Origin: Aequorivita sp. UBA3180
GTDB taxonomy: Bacteria; Bacteroidota; Bacteroidia; Flavobacteriales; Flavobacteriaceae
Length of the DNA: 64,000 bases
Reading direction: 5' to 3'
NCBI GenBank assembly: GCA_002364215.1
Contig: DEXQ01000018.1
Location: 183,287-247,286, forward strand
A program made the position numbers and the translations under genes. Shown here piece after piece: positions 9,225 to 18,226 of this stretch. Under the pieces are notes generated by a model that searched no databases, had not been told where the DNA came from, and saw nothing but the letters and a program-made list of their open reading frames with translations. How positions within the stretch are numbered: the first letter of the stretch is position 1; every line of letters starts with the position of its first letter.

Positions 9225-10460
9225 ATGAAGGTTTTTGAGGGAAAAAAAGGCAATATTTTTAAGATTCTTTCCGAAGCAATATCGGAAGGTATTGTGATAG
9301 TTAACGAAAACCAGGAAATTGTGACCTCAAATGAAGCTGCAGACCGCATGTTTGGTTATGAAGCAAAGGAACTTTTGGGAGAAAATATAAACTTGCTGAT
9401 TCCTCGAGAGTATAGGCACAGCCATACCGAACAGGTTGAGGAATACTTGGAAAAGAGCGATCCGCGCCAAATGGGCCACGGGCGTGATCTTTACGGCCGG
9501 CGCAAGGACGGTAGCGTTTTTCCGGTGGAAGCGGGCTTGAACCCCTTTGAAATTTATGGCAGTAAATATGTAATGGCGCTAGTAACCGATATTACCGTTC
9601 GTAAAACCCAAGAGAAGGAAATTATAGAGCTCAACCTGCATTTGGAGCAAAAAGTGGAGGCGCGAACCAAAGAACTTAAGCAAACAATAAAAGAGTTAAA
9701 GGAGGAAGTTTCAAAACGCAAGGAAGCAGAATATAAAATCATGGAATCGCTTCGAAAAGAAAGAGAGCTCAACGAATTGAAAACGAAATTCCTCTCGTTG
9801 GTTTCCCATGAGTTCAAGACGCCTTTAAGCGGTATTCTTACTTCAGCTACCCTTGTGGGGAAATATACAGAGACAGAGCATCAGGAAAAGCGCGAAAAGC
9901 ATTTAAGAACTATTCAAAATAAAGTGAAATACCTGAATAATATTTTGAACGATTTCCTTTCTATTGAACGTTTAGAGTCTGGCAAGGCTACTTATAAATT
10001 TGATGTCTTCCCGCTGAGCAAAGTAGTGAACGAAGTGATTTATAACGCAAATATGCTTTTGAAGGATGGCCAGCGTATAAATTATCCACAGAACATAGAC
10101 GATATTTTGGTGAATTTTGATGAAAAGATCCTTGAATTATCACTTACCAATCTTATAAACAATGCCATAAAATATTCGCCAGCACACACAGTTATAGATG
10201 TAGTGGTAATTCCACAAAAAGATTCCTTGAGTATAAAAATTATAGATGAAGGGATGGGTATTCCCGAAAAGGAACAGAAATATATTTTCAATAGGTATTT
10301 CCGTGCAGAAAACGCTCTGCTAGACCAAGGCACAGGTATTGGTCTGAATATTGTGAAAAGCCATTTGGAAAGCCTAGATGGTACAATTACCTTTGAAAGC
10401 GAACAGAGCAAAGGCAGTACGTTTACAATTACCTTTCCCACAAATAACAATACAAATTAG
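9225..10460 (+). CDS. PAS-domain sensor histidine kinase, FixL-like heme PAS
   Basis: PAS LIPREYRHSHTEQVEEYL...DPRQMGHGRDLYGRRKDG; HisKA SHEFKTPL; HATPase NLINNAIKYS, DEGMGIP, GTGIGL. Confidence 0.9.
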   Translation: MKVFEGKKGNIFKILSEAISEGIVIVNENQEIVTSNEAADRMFGYEAKELLGENINLLIPREYRHSHTEQVEEYLEKSDPRQMGHGRDLYGRRKDGSVFPVEAGLNPFEIYGSKYVMALVTDITVRKTQEKEIIELNLHLEQKVEARTKELKQTIKELKEEVSKRKEAEYKIMESLRKERELNELKTKFLSLVSHEFKTPLSGILTSATLVGKYTETEHQEKREKHLRTIQNKVKYLNNILNDFLSIERLESGKATYKFDVFPLSKVVNEVIYNANMLLKDGQRINYPQNIDDILVNFDEKILELSLTNLINNAIKYSPAHTVIDVVVIPQKDSLSIKIIDEGMGIPEKEQKYIFNRYFRAENALLDQGTGIGLNIVKSHLESLDGTITFESEQSKGSTFTITFPTNNNTN

Positions 10461-10461
10461 C

Positions 10462-11514
10462 ATGAAGACAATACTTCTTATTGAAGACGATACCGCATTA
10501 AGAGAAAATACAGCTGAACTTTTGGAGCTTTCCGGCTATACCGTTTTTACCGCACCCAATGGTAAAATTGGCATTGAAAGAGCAAAAAAGGAAAACCCGA
10601 GCATCATTGTTTGTGACATAATGATGCCAGAAATTGACGGCTATGGAGTACTTGAAAGTGTAGCTTCGGAAGAAAAAACGAAGCATATCCCTTTTATCTT
10701 TCTTTCGGCAAAAACGGAGCACAAAGAAATTCGCAAAGGTATGGATATGGGGGCGGACGACTACCTTACCAAACCATTTGACGAAGAGGAGTTGTTAAGT
10801 GCCGTAGAAAGCCGTTTGGCAAAAGCGAGTATTTTGGCAATGCGCAAGAACAATAAAGTTGCGGAGACCGATGAGGGTGATGAAAACCCACAGAACCTGA
10901 ACCAGTTGAAAAACTTTTTTTGTGATGAAGGCGAAGTGTCCAATTATAAAAAAGGAGAAACCGTTTACCAAAAAGGTGACCACTCCAACAGTATGTTCCT
11001 AATCTTGAAAGGGGTTGTGAAAACACATACGATGGACGCCAATGCGAAAGAGTTAATTACAGGGCTATACAAAGCCGATGACTTTTTGGGTTTCACTTCT
11101 TTTGACGATAACATTCCCTATAATGAAACCGCTACAGCTGTGGAAGACACTGAAGTTGTGGGAATTTCAAAAACCTATGTGAAGGATATTCTGAAAAAAA
11201 GCCAAGATGTTTCCTTAGAATTGATGAATCTTTTAACCGATAATCTTTCTGAAATAAAGCAGCAATTGGTTAAAATGGCCTACAGCTCCGTTCGGAAAAA
11301 AACGGCCAGCACCATTCTTCAATTTGTGGAGATTATGGACAAAAAACCGGATGCGCCCCTTCGCATCTCACGCAATGACCTTGCTACAACTGCCGGAATT
11401 GCTACCGAAAGCTTGATAAGAACCCTTTCAGATTTCAAAAAAGATGGTATTATTGAAATTGAAGGCCGCGATATTCGCATCGTAGATTTGGATGGTCTTC
11501 GTGATATAAACTAA
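10462..11514 (+). CDS. Response regulator with REC + cNMP-binding + Crp/Fnr HTH domains
   Basis: ILLIEDD, CDIMMP, FLSAK, YLTKPF; then YKKGETVYQKGD..LILKG.VK and ISRNDLATTAGIATESLIRTLSDF. ATG at 10462 follows the kinase stop. Confidence 0.92.
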   Translation: MKTILLIEDDTALRENTAELLELSGYTVFTAPNGKIGIERAKKENPSIIVCDIMMPEIDGYGVLESVASEEKTKHIPFIFLSAKTEHKEIRKGMDMGADDYLTKPFDEEELLSAVESRLAKASILAMRKNNKVAETDEGDENPQNLNQLKNFFCDEGEVSNYKKGETVYQKGDHSNSMFLILKGVVKTHTMDANAKELITGLYKADDFLGFTSFDDNIPYNETATAVEDTEVVGISKTYVKDILKKSQDVSLELMNLLTDNLSEIKQQLVKMAYSSVRKKTASTILQFVEIMDKKPDAPLRISRNDLATTAGIATESLIRTLSDFKKDGIIEIEGRDIRIVDLDGLRDIN

Positions 11515-11539
11515 TATCCCAGGTCATTTTTTCTTAAAG

Positions 11540-11553
11540 CTGATTTTTATCAT
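11540..11553 (+). promoter_or_regulatory. FNR-like box upstream of usp
   Basis: CTGAT-TTTT-ATCAT; TAATTTTG at 11576 (22-bp gap). Confidence 0.8.
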
Positions 11554-11602
11554 TTTCTGTACCGACCTATAAAGATAATTTTGTCGGTAAGATTATGATG
11601 CT

Positions 11603-12442
11603 ATGATGAACGTATTGATCCCGACGGATTTTTCTGAAAATTCACACAACGCCATTAAGTATGCGCTGACATATTTTTCTGACGTTGCCGTTAATTTTTA
11701 TATTCTTCATGTCTCACCTAAAAATTCAGATTACAAAGAAGAAGAACAACACAGGTTTTCAGATTTTGAGGCTGAGATGCAGACAGTCCAGAGTACTTCC
11801 GTTTTATTAAAGGAAGAAATAAAGACATGCCAGTTTCAGTCCAAGAACCAAGCTCATAAATTCCTTCCCCTGCAGGAAAACATGAATTTGGTGGAAGCCA
11901 TTAGGAAGCAAGTGGCTGAAAAGGAAATAGACTATATTTTAATGGGCACCAAGGGCACTTCAAAATCCAATAGAAGTGAATTGGGAAGCAACACTTGTGA
12001 TGTAATTACTAAGGTAAAATGTCCCATACTTGTAATTCCCGAACATGCAAGGTTCAATGGCATTAAAAACATTGCTTTCTTAACGGATTATAATTGCATT
12101 TACCGCAACAAGGTAATCTCTTCGCTTTCTGAAACGTTGGATTTGCACCGTTCACCACTGCGAGTGCTTCACATAAAAGCGCGAAATAGTGATCTTACCG
12201 CATCACAAACTGACAACAAAGGGTTTTTACATTACTTTTTCAAAGATAAAAAGCACAGTTTCCATTTTGTTGAAAACAAAGACTTGGAAATAGGCATTCA
12301 GGATTTTGTAGAAACCTGGGAAATTAGTCTTGTTTCCATCGTGGCCAAAAACCTTAATCTTATACAAAGACTTTTATTGCGTCCTACGCTAAAATCTGTT
12401 AGTTACACTGCAGATGTGCCCTTTTTGGTACTTCATGAATAG
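11603..12442 (+). CDS. Universal stress protein (tandem)
   Basis: VLIPTDFSENS, ILMGTKG, GSNTCDVITKVKCPILVIP. Confidence 0.93.
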   Translation: MMNVLIPTDFSENSHNAIKYALTYFSDVAVNFYILHVSPKNSDYKEEEQHRFSDFEAEMQTVQSTSVLLKEEIKTCQFQSKNQAHKFLPLQENMNLVEAIRKQVAEKEIDYILMGTKGTSKSNRSELGSNTCDVITKVKCPILVIPEHARFNGIKNIAFLTDYNCIYRNKVISSLSETLDLHRSPLRVLHIKARNSDLTASQTDNKGFLHYFFKDKKHSFHFVENKDLEIGIQDFVETWEISLVSIVAKNLNLIQRLLLRPTLKSVSYTADVPFLVLHE

Positions 12443-12493
12443 TTATCAATAGTAGTTAAATTTGGCTATTACTGAAATTGGGGCATTACAAAT

Positions 12494-12718
12494 TCATTCT
12501 TCTCGACCAATTGGGTAATCCTCATAAAAATCCTCAAAGGTTTTAATGGTGGTGTAATTATCTTTTAAAACCTTAAAGACTGAGAATATTAAAAAAGCTT
12601 GACCAAAGACAGTTAAATAAAATACCCAACTAAACGGAAAATCCATAGTGGCAAAGACAGCAACTGTTACCAGAACAAAGGTGGTTATTACAAGATATGT
12701 GATAGCAGAAAAATTCAT
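12494..12718 (-). CDS. Small 2-TM membrane protein
   Basis: 74 aa with two hydrophobic segments and the C-terminal tail KVLKDNYTT.KTFEDFYED. It fills the gap between usp genes. Confidence 0.65.
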   Translation of the reverse strand: MNFSAITYLVITTFVLVTVAVFATMDFPFSWVFYLTVFGQAFLIFSVFKVLKDNYTTIKTFEDFYEDYPIGREE

Positions 12719-12791
12719 AACTTTTTAGTTTTAAATTACGAAATAAATAGTTGGTCTGCTCTTAATGATTCCTTAAAAATCAGGATGTTAA

Positions 12792-12805
12792 TTGATATTT
12801 GTCAT
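12792..12805 (+). promoter_or_regulatory. FNR-like box upstream of the usp-usp-usp-ATPcone-MBL operon
   Basis: TTGAT-ATTT-GTCAT; TATCTTTA at 12828 (22-bp gap). Confidence 0.78.
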
Positions 12806-12859
12806 ATTTTAACTCTACTGTAATGGTTATCTTTACGTAATTATTTTAAAGAGTTTGCT

Positions 12860-13705
12860 ATGCGAAAAATACTCATCCCAACTGATTTCTCTGAAAATTC
12901 AATGAATGCTGTTAAATATGCTACCGAGCTTTTTAAATATGAACGTTCAGAACTATACTTGCTTCACGCTTTTTCCGATTCGGTTTATGAAGATAAGGCC
13001 CGATTAGCCGATGCGGTTTTTGAGGAATTACAGCAAAAGGCACTTCAAAAAGCAAAGGATAATCTAGAGGAAACTCGGAAACAAATTATCGGTTTTTCCC
13101 CTAATCCAAAACACAATTTACACACCATTGCAGAGTTTGGCCTTTTAGTAGATTCGGTAAATGATTGGGTGGAAAAGGAAAATATAGATGTAGTAGTTAT
13201 GGGCACCAAGGGCGAAACTGCCGATAAAAAAATTACTTTTGGCAGCAACACACTTCAGGTAATAAAATATGTAAAATGCCCAGTGCTTGCTATTCCGGCT
13301 GTTTATGGTGATGTGCACCCGAAGCATCTACTGTTCCCAACCGATTATCAATTGCCGTACAAACGCCGCGAGTTAAAACTGGTGAGCAATATTGCAAAAT
13401 GTTTTGTTTCGAAAATGGATTTCCTTTACGTTTCAAAATTTCCGTCACTCTCATTGCGACAGCAGGATAACAAAAAATTTCTGGAAGTCTCTTTCTGTGA
13501 TAACCAAACCAATTTTCATCAAGTTTCTGGAACAAACGTTACAAAAGCCATCAATACCTTTATCATTGAAAACCCAATAGATATGCTTGTCATGGTAAAT
13601 ACCCGCCATTCCTATTTGGAAAACATACTCTACCAGTCTACCATTGAAAAGATAGGGCTCAAAATAGACATTCCTTTTTTAGTACTTCAAAATCTACCGA
13701 GATAA
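12860..13705 (+). CDS. Universal stress protein (tandem)
   Basis: MRKILIPTDFSENS, VVMGTKG, GSNTLQVIKYVKCPVLAIP. Confidence 0.95.
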   Translation: MRKILIPTDFSENSMNAVKYATELFKYERSELYLLHAFSDSVYEDKARLADAVFEELQQKALQKAKDNLEETRKQIIGFSPNPKHNLHTIAEFGLLVDSVNDWVEKENIDVVVMGTKGETADKKITFGSNTLQVIKYVKCPVLAIPAVYGDVHPKHLLFPTDYQLPYKRRELKLVSNIAKCFVSKMDFLYVSKFPSLSLRQQDNKKFLEVSFCDNQTNFHQVSGTNVTKAINTFIIENPIDMLVMVNTRHSYLENILYQSTIEKIGLKIDIPFLVLQNLPR

Positions 13706-13724
13706 ACCTTTAAAAATATTGACA

Positions 13725-14573
13725 ATGAAAAAAATTCTTGTTCCAACCGATTTCTCAAAAAACGCTTATGCTGCTTTGTTTTATGTTACAAAACTCTTTA
13801 GTGATGAAGCGCTGCAAATTACAATTCTCCATTCCTTTGGTGAAGAAGTAGGTAAGCTAACAAGCCGTGTGGATATTGGACGTTCTGAAAATATAATTGA
13901 AAAACTATATCGTCAATCAGATGAGGATGGAGAACAACTGGTTCATAAAATAAAACTTGATTCCTCTAAAGTTGCACACAATTTTGAAGTCATTTCCACC
14001 CCCGCCACTCTATCAAAGACCATTAATAAATTGGTTTCTACGGAAGGGATAGATCTCGTGGTAATGGGCAGCAAGGGCCGCACGGGTGCCGAAGATGTTC
14101 TGGTGGGAAGTACAACTGTAAAAATAACCAAATCTTTAGAAGGGTGTCCGCTGCTCATCGTACCTAGGGAAGTTGATTTTGTTGTTCCCACAAATATAGC
14201 TTTCGCGACAGACTACAATGATTTCTATCAACTTTCAAAATTGAGACCAATCGTTCGTTTGGTGCGACAGTACAATTCAAATATACATATGCTACACGTG
14301 GGGAGTGAAAATGAATTGGATGCCAAACAACAACAAAATCTTGAACAATACCGAAATGACCTTACTGAATATGACACAGAGTTCCATTTCATACCTAAAA
14401 AGGAAAATATTTCAAAAACACTGCACAACTTCATTGATAGCAATAAAATGGACTTATTGGCCTTGGTGTACCACAAACATGCTTTTTTAAAGCAACTCTT
14501 CCGCGAGCCAGTAGTTAGTAGGGTAGGGAAGCACACGCATACACCTACTTTGGTAATTCCTATTAAAAACTAA
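13725..14573 (+). CDS. Universal stress protein (tandem)
   Basis: MKKILVPTDFSKNA, LVVMGSKG..G......GSTT. ATG at 13725. Confidence 0.95.
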   Translation: MKKILVPTDFSKNAYAALFYVTKLFSDEALQITILHSFGEEVGKLTSRVDIGRSENIIEKLYRQSDEDGEQLVHKIKLDSSKVAHNFEVISTPATLSKTINKLVSTEGIDLVVMGSKGRTGAEDVLVGSTTVKITKSLEGCPLLIVPREVDFVVPTNIAFATDYNDFYQLSKLRPIVRLVRQYNSNIHMLHVGSENELDAKQQQNLEQYRNDLTEYDTEFHFIPKKENISKTLHNFIDSNKMDLLALVYHKHAFLKQLFREPVVSRVGKHTHTPTLVIPIKN

Positions 14574-14584
14574 AATTTCAAAAA

Positions 14585-15436
14585 ATGAAAAAGCGAATAT
14601 TAATACCCACAGATTTTTCAAGAAACGCATGGAATGCAATAAAATATGCCATGGAGCTCTATAAGAGGGAATATGTGGAGTTTTTCATATTGCACACCTA
14701 TTACCTTTCAGGGTATTCAAAAGAAAACCTATTGAGTCCTGAACCTACGGAAAAAGATCTAAAAAAAGTTCAGGAAGCTTCAGAGAAAGACATGGAGAAG
14801 CTGAAGGTGCAAATGGGTTTCTATGAAGAAAATGACAACCACACATTTCAATATATGAGTGAATTTGGCTCGTTCTTCGATGTGATGAAAAAGACTGTGG
14901 AAAAGCAGGACATAGAATTGGTAGTTATGGGAACCCAAGGAGAGACGGACAATAAAACCGTTATTTTGGGCAGTAACGCAGTAAATGCAATGGAAAAAAT
15001 TAGAAATTGCCCAGTGCTTGCCATTCCTTCAAATGTGTTATTCAAAGATCCGAATGAAATTGTATTTCCCACTAGCTTTAGAACACATTACAAAGAAAAG
15101 GAATTGGCTACTTTAGTAGAAATTTCACGCTGCACTAACTCCCCAATCCGTATTTTGCATATTCAAAAAGGAAAAAATCTTTCAAAATCGCAACTGGAAA
15201 ATAAAGCTTTGTTGGAAAAAATTCTGGAAGCTGCCAATTACACCCATCATACCCTATACGACATCGAGATTAATGACGGCGTACGCTGTTTCGTGCAAAG
15301 CCGACAGAGCGAGATGATTGCCATTGTAAACAAGAAGCACAATTTCTTTGGAAGTGTATTTTCAAATCCGATGGTCAAAGAACTCGGCAAGCACAGTAAC
15401 GTGCCACTTTTGGCGATGCACGATTTAAGAAATTGA
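14585..15436 (+). CDS. Universal stress protein (tandem)
   Basis: ILIPTDFSRNA, LVVMGTQG, GSNAV..M.K...CPVLAIP. Confidence 0.95.
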   Translation: MKKRILIPTDFSRNAWNAIKYAMELYKREYVEFFILHTYYLSGYSKENLLSPEPTEKDLKKVQEASEKDMEKLKVQMGFYEENDNHTFQYMSEFGSFFDVMKKTVEKQDIELVVMGTQGETDNKTVILGSNAVNAMEKIRNCPVLAIPSNVLFKDPNEIVFPTSFRTHYKEKELATLVEISRCTNSPIRILHIQKGKNLSKSQLENKALLEKILEAANYTHHTLYDIEINDGVRCFVQSRQSEMIAIVNKKHNFFGSVFSNPMVKELGKHSNVPLLAMHDLRN

Positions 15437-16287
15437 GCAAAATGTCAAAAAATCATCAGGATATTGAAGTAATAAAACATTCAGGCCAAAAGGCGAAGTT
15501 TTCAATTGAAAAACTAAAAGGCTCGCTACGGAAAAGCGGCGCGGATGAAGCATTGGTCAACGAAATTGCAAATAACGTCCGCGATGAGCTTTATCAGGGT
15601 ATTTCAACTAAAGAAATCTACAATCGTGCCTTTGCGCTTCTCAAAAAAAAGAAAAAAGGCTACGCTTCAAAATATAAGTTGAAAAAAGCAATTTACGAGC
15701 TTGGTCCCACAGGTTTTCCTTTTGAAAAATTTGTTGGGGCAATCCTTTTTTACAGTGGTTATGAAGTAAAGACAGGGCAGTTTTTACAGGGAAAATGCGT
15801 AACCCACGAAGTAGATGTGGTAGCGCATAAAAACGGACAGTATGTTGTGGCTGAGTGTAAATTCCATAGTGATGAGGGGCGTAATTGTGATATAAAAGTT
15901 CCACTCTATATACATTCCCGCTATCGCGACATTCTCAATTTTTACGCCAATAGTAACAATGGTGAAAAACCAAACGAAGGTTGGGTAGTTACCAATACCC
16001 GTTTTACCGAAGATGCCATAAAATATGGGGAATGCGTTGGCCTCCACCTTTTAAGCTGGGATCTTCCGAAAGATAATGGTATCAAGGACCGTATAGACCG
16101 TTTGGGACTCTATCCTGTTACCGTTTCCACCTTACTAAGTCAGCGAGAGAAACAGTTTTTGCTCAGCCGTGATGTAGTGCTCTGCAAGCAATTGATAAAT
16201 GATCATTTCTATTTGGACCATTTGGGAATTTCAGAAAAAAGAAAAGAGAGGATATTAAATGAGATTGAACAATTATGCAAAAAATAA
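15433..16287 (+). CDS. ATP-cone domain + Mrr-like PD-(D/E)xK restriction endonuclease domain protein (copy 1)
   Basis: N-terminal VIKHSG....F..EKL..SL..SG (ATP cone); C-terminal FEKFV..IL...GY, HEVDVVA, AECKFH. Confidence 0.8.
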   Translation: MSKMSKNHQDIEVIKHSGQKAKFSIEKLKGSLRKSGADEALVNEIANNVRDELYQGISTKEIYNRAFALLKKKKKGYASKYKLKKAIYELGPTGFPFEKFVGAILFYSGYEVKTGQFLQGKCVTHEVDVVAHKNGQYVVAECKFHSDEGRNCDIKVPLYIHSRYRDILNFYANSNNGEKPNEGWVVTNTRFTEDAIKYGECVGLHLLSWDLPKDNGIKDRIDRLGLYPVTVSTLLSQREKQFLLSRDVVLCKQLINDHFYLDHLGISEKRKERILNEIEQLCKK

Positions 16288-17645
16288 AAATCCATTTCCT
16301 CGGTGCAGCGGGAACCGTAACGGGTTCGAAATATTTAATTGAAACTTCTGAAAAGAATATTTTAATAGACTGTGGCATGTTTCAGGGTCTAAAGGAATTG
16401 CGCGAAAAGAATTGGGAGTATTTGCCTATAGATGTTTCAACGATAGATATAGTACTTTTAACACACGGCCATTTAGACCATACGGGCTATTTGCCGCGAT
16501 TGGTAAAACAAGGTTTCCGCGGAAAGATAATCGGAACTGCACCAACACTGGCAATTACTAAAATAATTTTGCTGGACAGTGCCAAAATCCACGAAGAAGA
16601 AGCTGAAAGAGCGAATGAAGGAGGCTATTCCAAACACAAACCCGCCGAGCCGTTTTATAGTGGTGAAGAAGCTGAGGTTACATTAGGTTTTTTCCATGCT
16701 GAAGAAAAAGATAAATGGATTAAACTTTCAGAAAATATACAATATCGGTTTCGGTATAACGGGCATATTATTGGTGCTACTTTCATTGAGCTGGAAATTT
16801 TCGGAAAAATATTTGTCTTTTCGGGTGATATTGGTCGTGAGCACGATTTATTGCTTTCCCCGCCCGAAAAACCGCAATGGGCAGACTATCTTTTTATGGA
16901 AAGCACTTACGGAAACAAATTGCATCCAAAGGAAAGCGTTACGGATAAATTGGTTGAACTCATCACGAAAACCATTCACAACCGCGGCAATTTGATAATT
17001 CCTTCCTTTGCGGTGGAACGCTTACAGACGCTGATGTTTTTACTTTGGAAATTGTATAACGAAAATAAAATTCCAAACATCCCAATTTTTATTGATAGTC
17101 CGATGGGCAATAATGTACTTTCGGTATTTCAAAATTTTCCGGATTGGCACAAACTGCCGATGAAGGATTTTAACGCAATGAACAACCGGATGAATATTAT
17201 TACTTCCTATAAGGAAACTTGGGAAACCATTGACAATCCGCAGCCGAAAGTTGTTATTGCAGGTAGTGGAATGGTTACCGGCGGAAGGGTTCTTACTTAT
17301 TTGAAACAGATGATTGATAAGACAAATACGACCGTTTTATTGGTAGGCTACCAAGCCGAAGGAACCCGAGGAAGACAACTTTTGGAAGGTGCGTATGAGT
17401 TGAAATTCTTTGGAAAATACTATCCCGTAAAAGCTGAAGTCCATCATATAGAAAGTCTTTCAGCCCACGCTGACCAGCAGGGACTTTTGGATTGGACGAG
17501 CAAAATAAAAAATATACCCGAAGAAGTATTTCTAATTCACGGCGAGCCTACGGCGCAGGATGCTTTTCGGGTGAAATTGCATGATACCTATGGATGGAAT
17601 GTAACCATTCCGATGTTATATGAAATAAAGGAGATTGTGATTTAA
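16275..17645 (+). CDS. MBL-fold beta-CASP hydrolase (RNA-processing family)
   Basis: FLGAAGTVTGS, THGHLDH, FSGDIG, MESTYG, PSFAVER, SAHAD, IHGE. Confidence 0.92.
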   Translation: MQKIKIHFLGAAGTVTGSKYLIETSEKNILIDCGMFQGLKELREKNWEYLPIDVSTIDIVLLTHGHLDHTGYLPRLVKQGFRGKIIGTAPTLAITKIILLDSAKIHEEEAERANEGGYSKHKPAEPFYSGEEAEVTLGFFHAEEKDKWIKLSENIQYRFRYNGHIIGATFIELEIFGKIFVFSGDIGREHDLLLSPPEKPQWADYLFMESTYGNKLHPKESVTDKLVELITKTIHNRGNLIIPSFAVERLQTLMFLLWKLYNENKIPNIPIFIDSPMGNNVLSVFQNFPDWHKLPMKDFNAMNNRMNIITSYKETWETIDNPQPKVVIAGSGMVTGGRVLTYLKQMIDKTNTTVLLVGYQAEGTRGRQLLEGAYELKFFGKYYPVKAEVHHIESLSAHADQQGLLDWTSKIKNIPEEVFLIHGEPTAQDAFRVKLHDTYGWNVTIPMLYEIKEIVI

Positions 17646-17650
17646 AATTT

Positions 17651-18226
17651 TTATGCAAATGCAACTACTCCATTGAGAAGGGTATAGATAATAGCGGTTA
17701 TTAACCCTATTAAAAAGATAATGACTGAAACAAATAGAAGTCGCTGTTTATGGGTGATTATTTTGCCTAAAAAATACAAATCGATTATCATTTCGTCATA
17801 AATATTTTGGCCTTTTTTCATTATTCGTTTAAACTCGTTTTTAAATTCAGTTAGCGACAGTTTTGCAAAATTTTCGGCATATAAGGTTCCTTTGTAACCA
17901 CTTTTTTTATAAGATGATCCAAAATATCGATGTGGCACCATACTGAATAGTGCGAAGATCATTGATAGCAAGCTGCAGATTATCAAAATTCGAGTGCCTA
18001 TTTCCAACGGAACTTTCTGCGATTTGGGAACTACAAATAACAAACCTAAAAGTAGTGACGTTATGATAGAATTTACCGTTAGCACTATCCTAGCTTTATT
18101 GTCAACCATTTTTAGAAGATTGTAGTGATTTCGAGAGAGGGTTTTAAATAAAGTTTGCACACCTCGGGCATCATAGCGCTCCAATTTTTCTTGTTTATGA
18201 ATGGTTTCTTTTTCCATAATAAGCAA
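17651..18226 (-). CDS. Pycsar-effector-family (DUF5706) transmembrane protein, stand-alone
   Basis: RNHYNLLKMVDNKARIVLTVNSII, S...ALFSMVP, IYDEM..DLYFLG.I...K..LL..S..IF.IG. Likely ATG at 18217. Confidence 0.75.
   Translation of the reverse strand: MLIMEKETIHKQEKLERYDARGVQTLFKTLSRNHYNLLKMVDNKARIVLTVNSIITSLLLGLLFVVPKSQKVPLEIGTRILIICSLLSMIFALFSMVPHRYFGSSYKKSGYKGTLYAENFAKLSLTEFKNEFKRIMKKGQNIYDEMIIDLYFLGKIITHKQRLLFVSVIIFLIGLITAIIYTLLNGVVAFA

Noticed and set aside
10378-10461. Extended N-terminus of the response regulator given by the ORF track; likewise the extensions at 6743-7480 (deoC), 32019, 50362 and 46375
   Set aside because: These overlap upstream genes or promoters. Downstream ATGs match the domain starts.
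16275-17645. MBL protein as a beta-lactamase resistance gene
   Set aside because: The length, beta-CASP motifs and lack of a signal peptide indicate the RNA-processing family.
17651-18226. Complete Pycsar defence system
   Set aside because: No pyrimidine cyclase is present in the window, so only the effector family can be supported.
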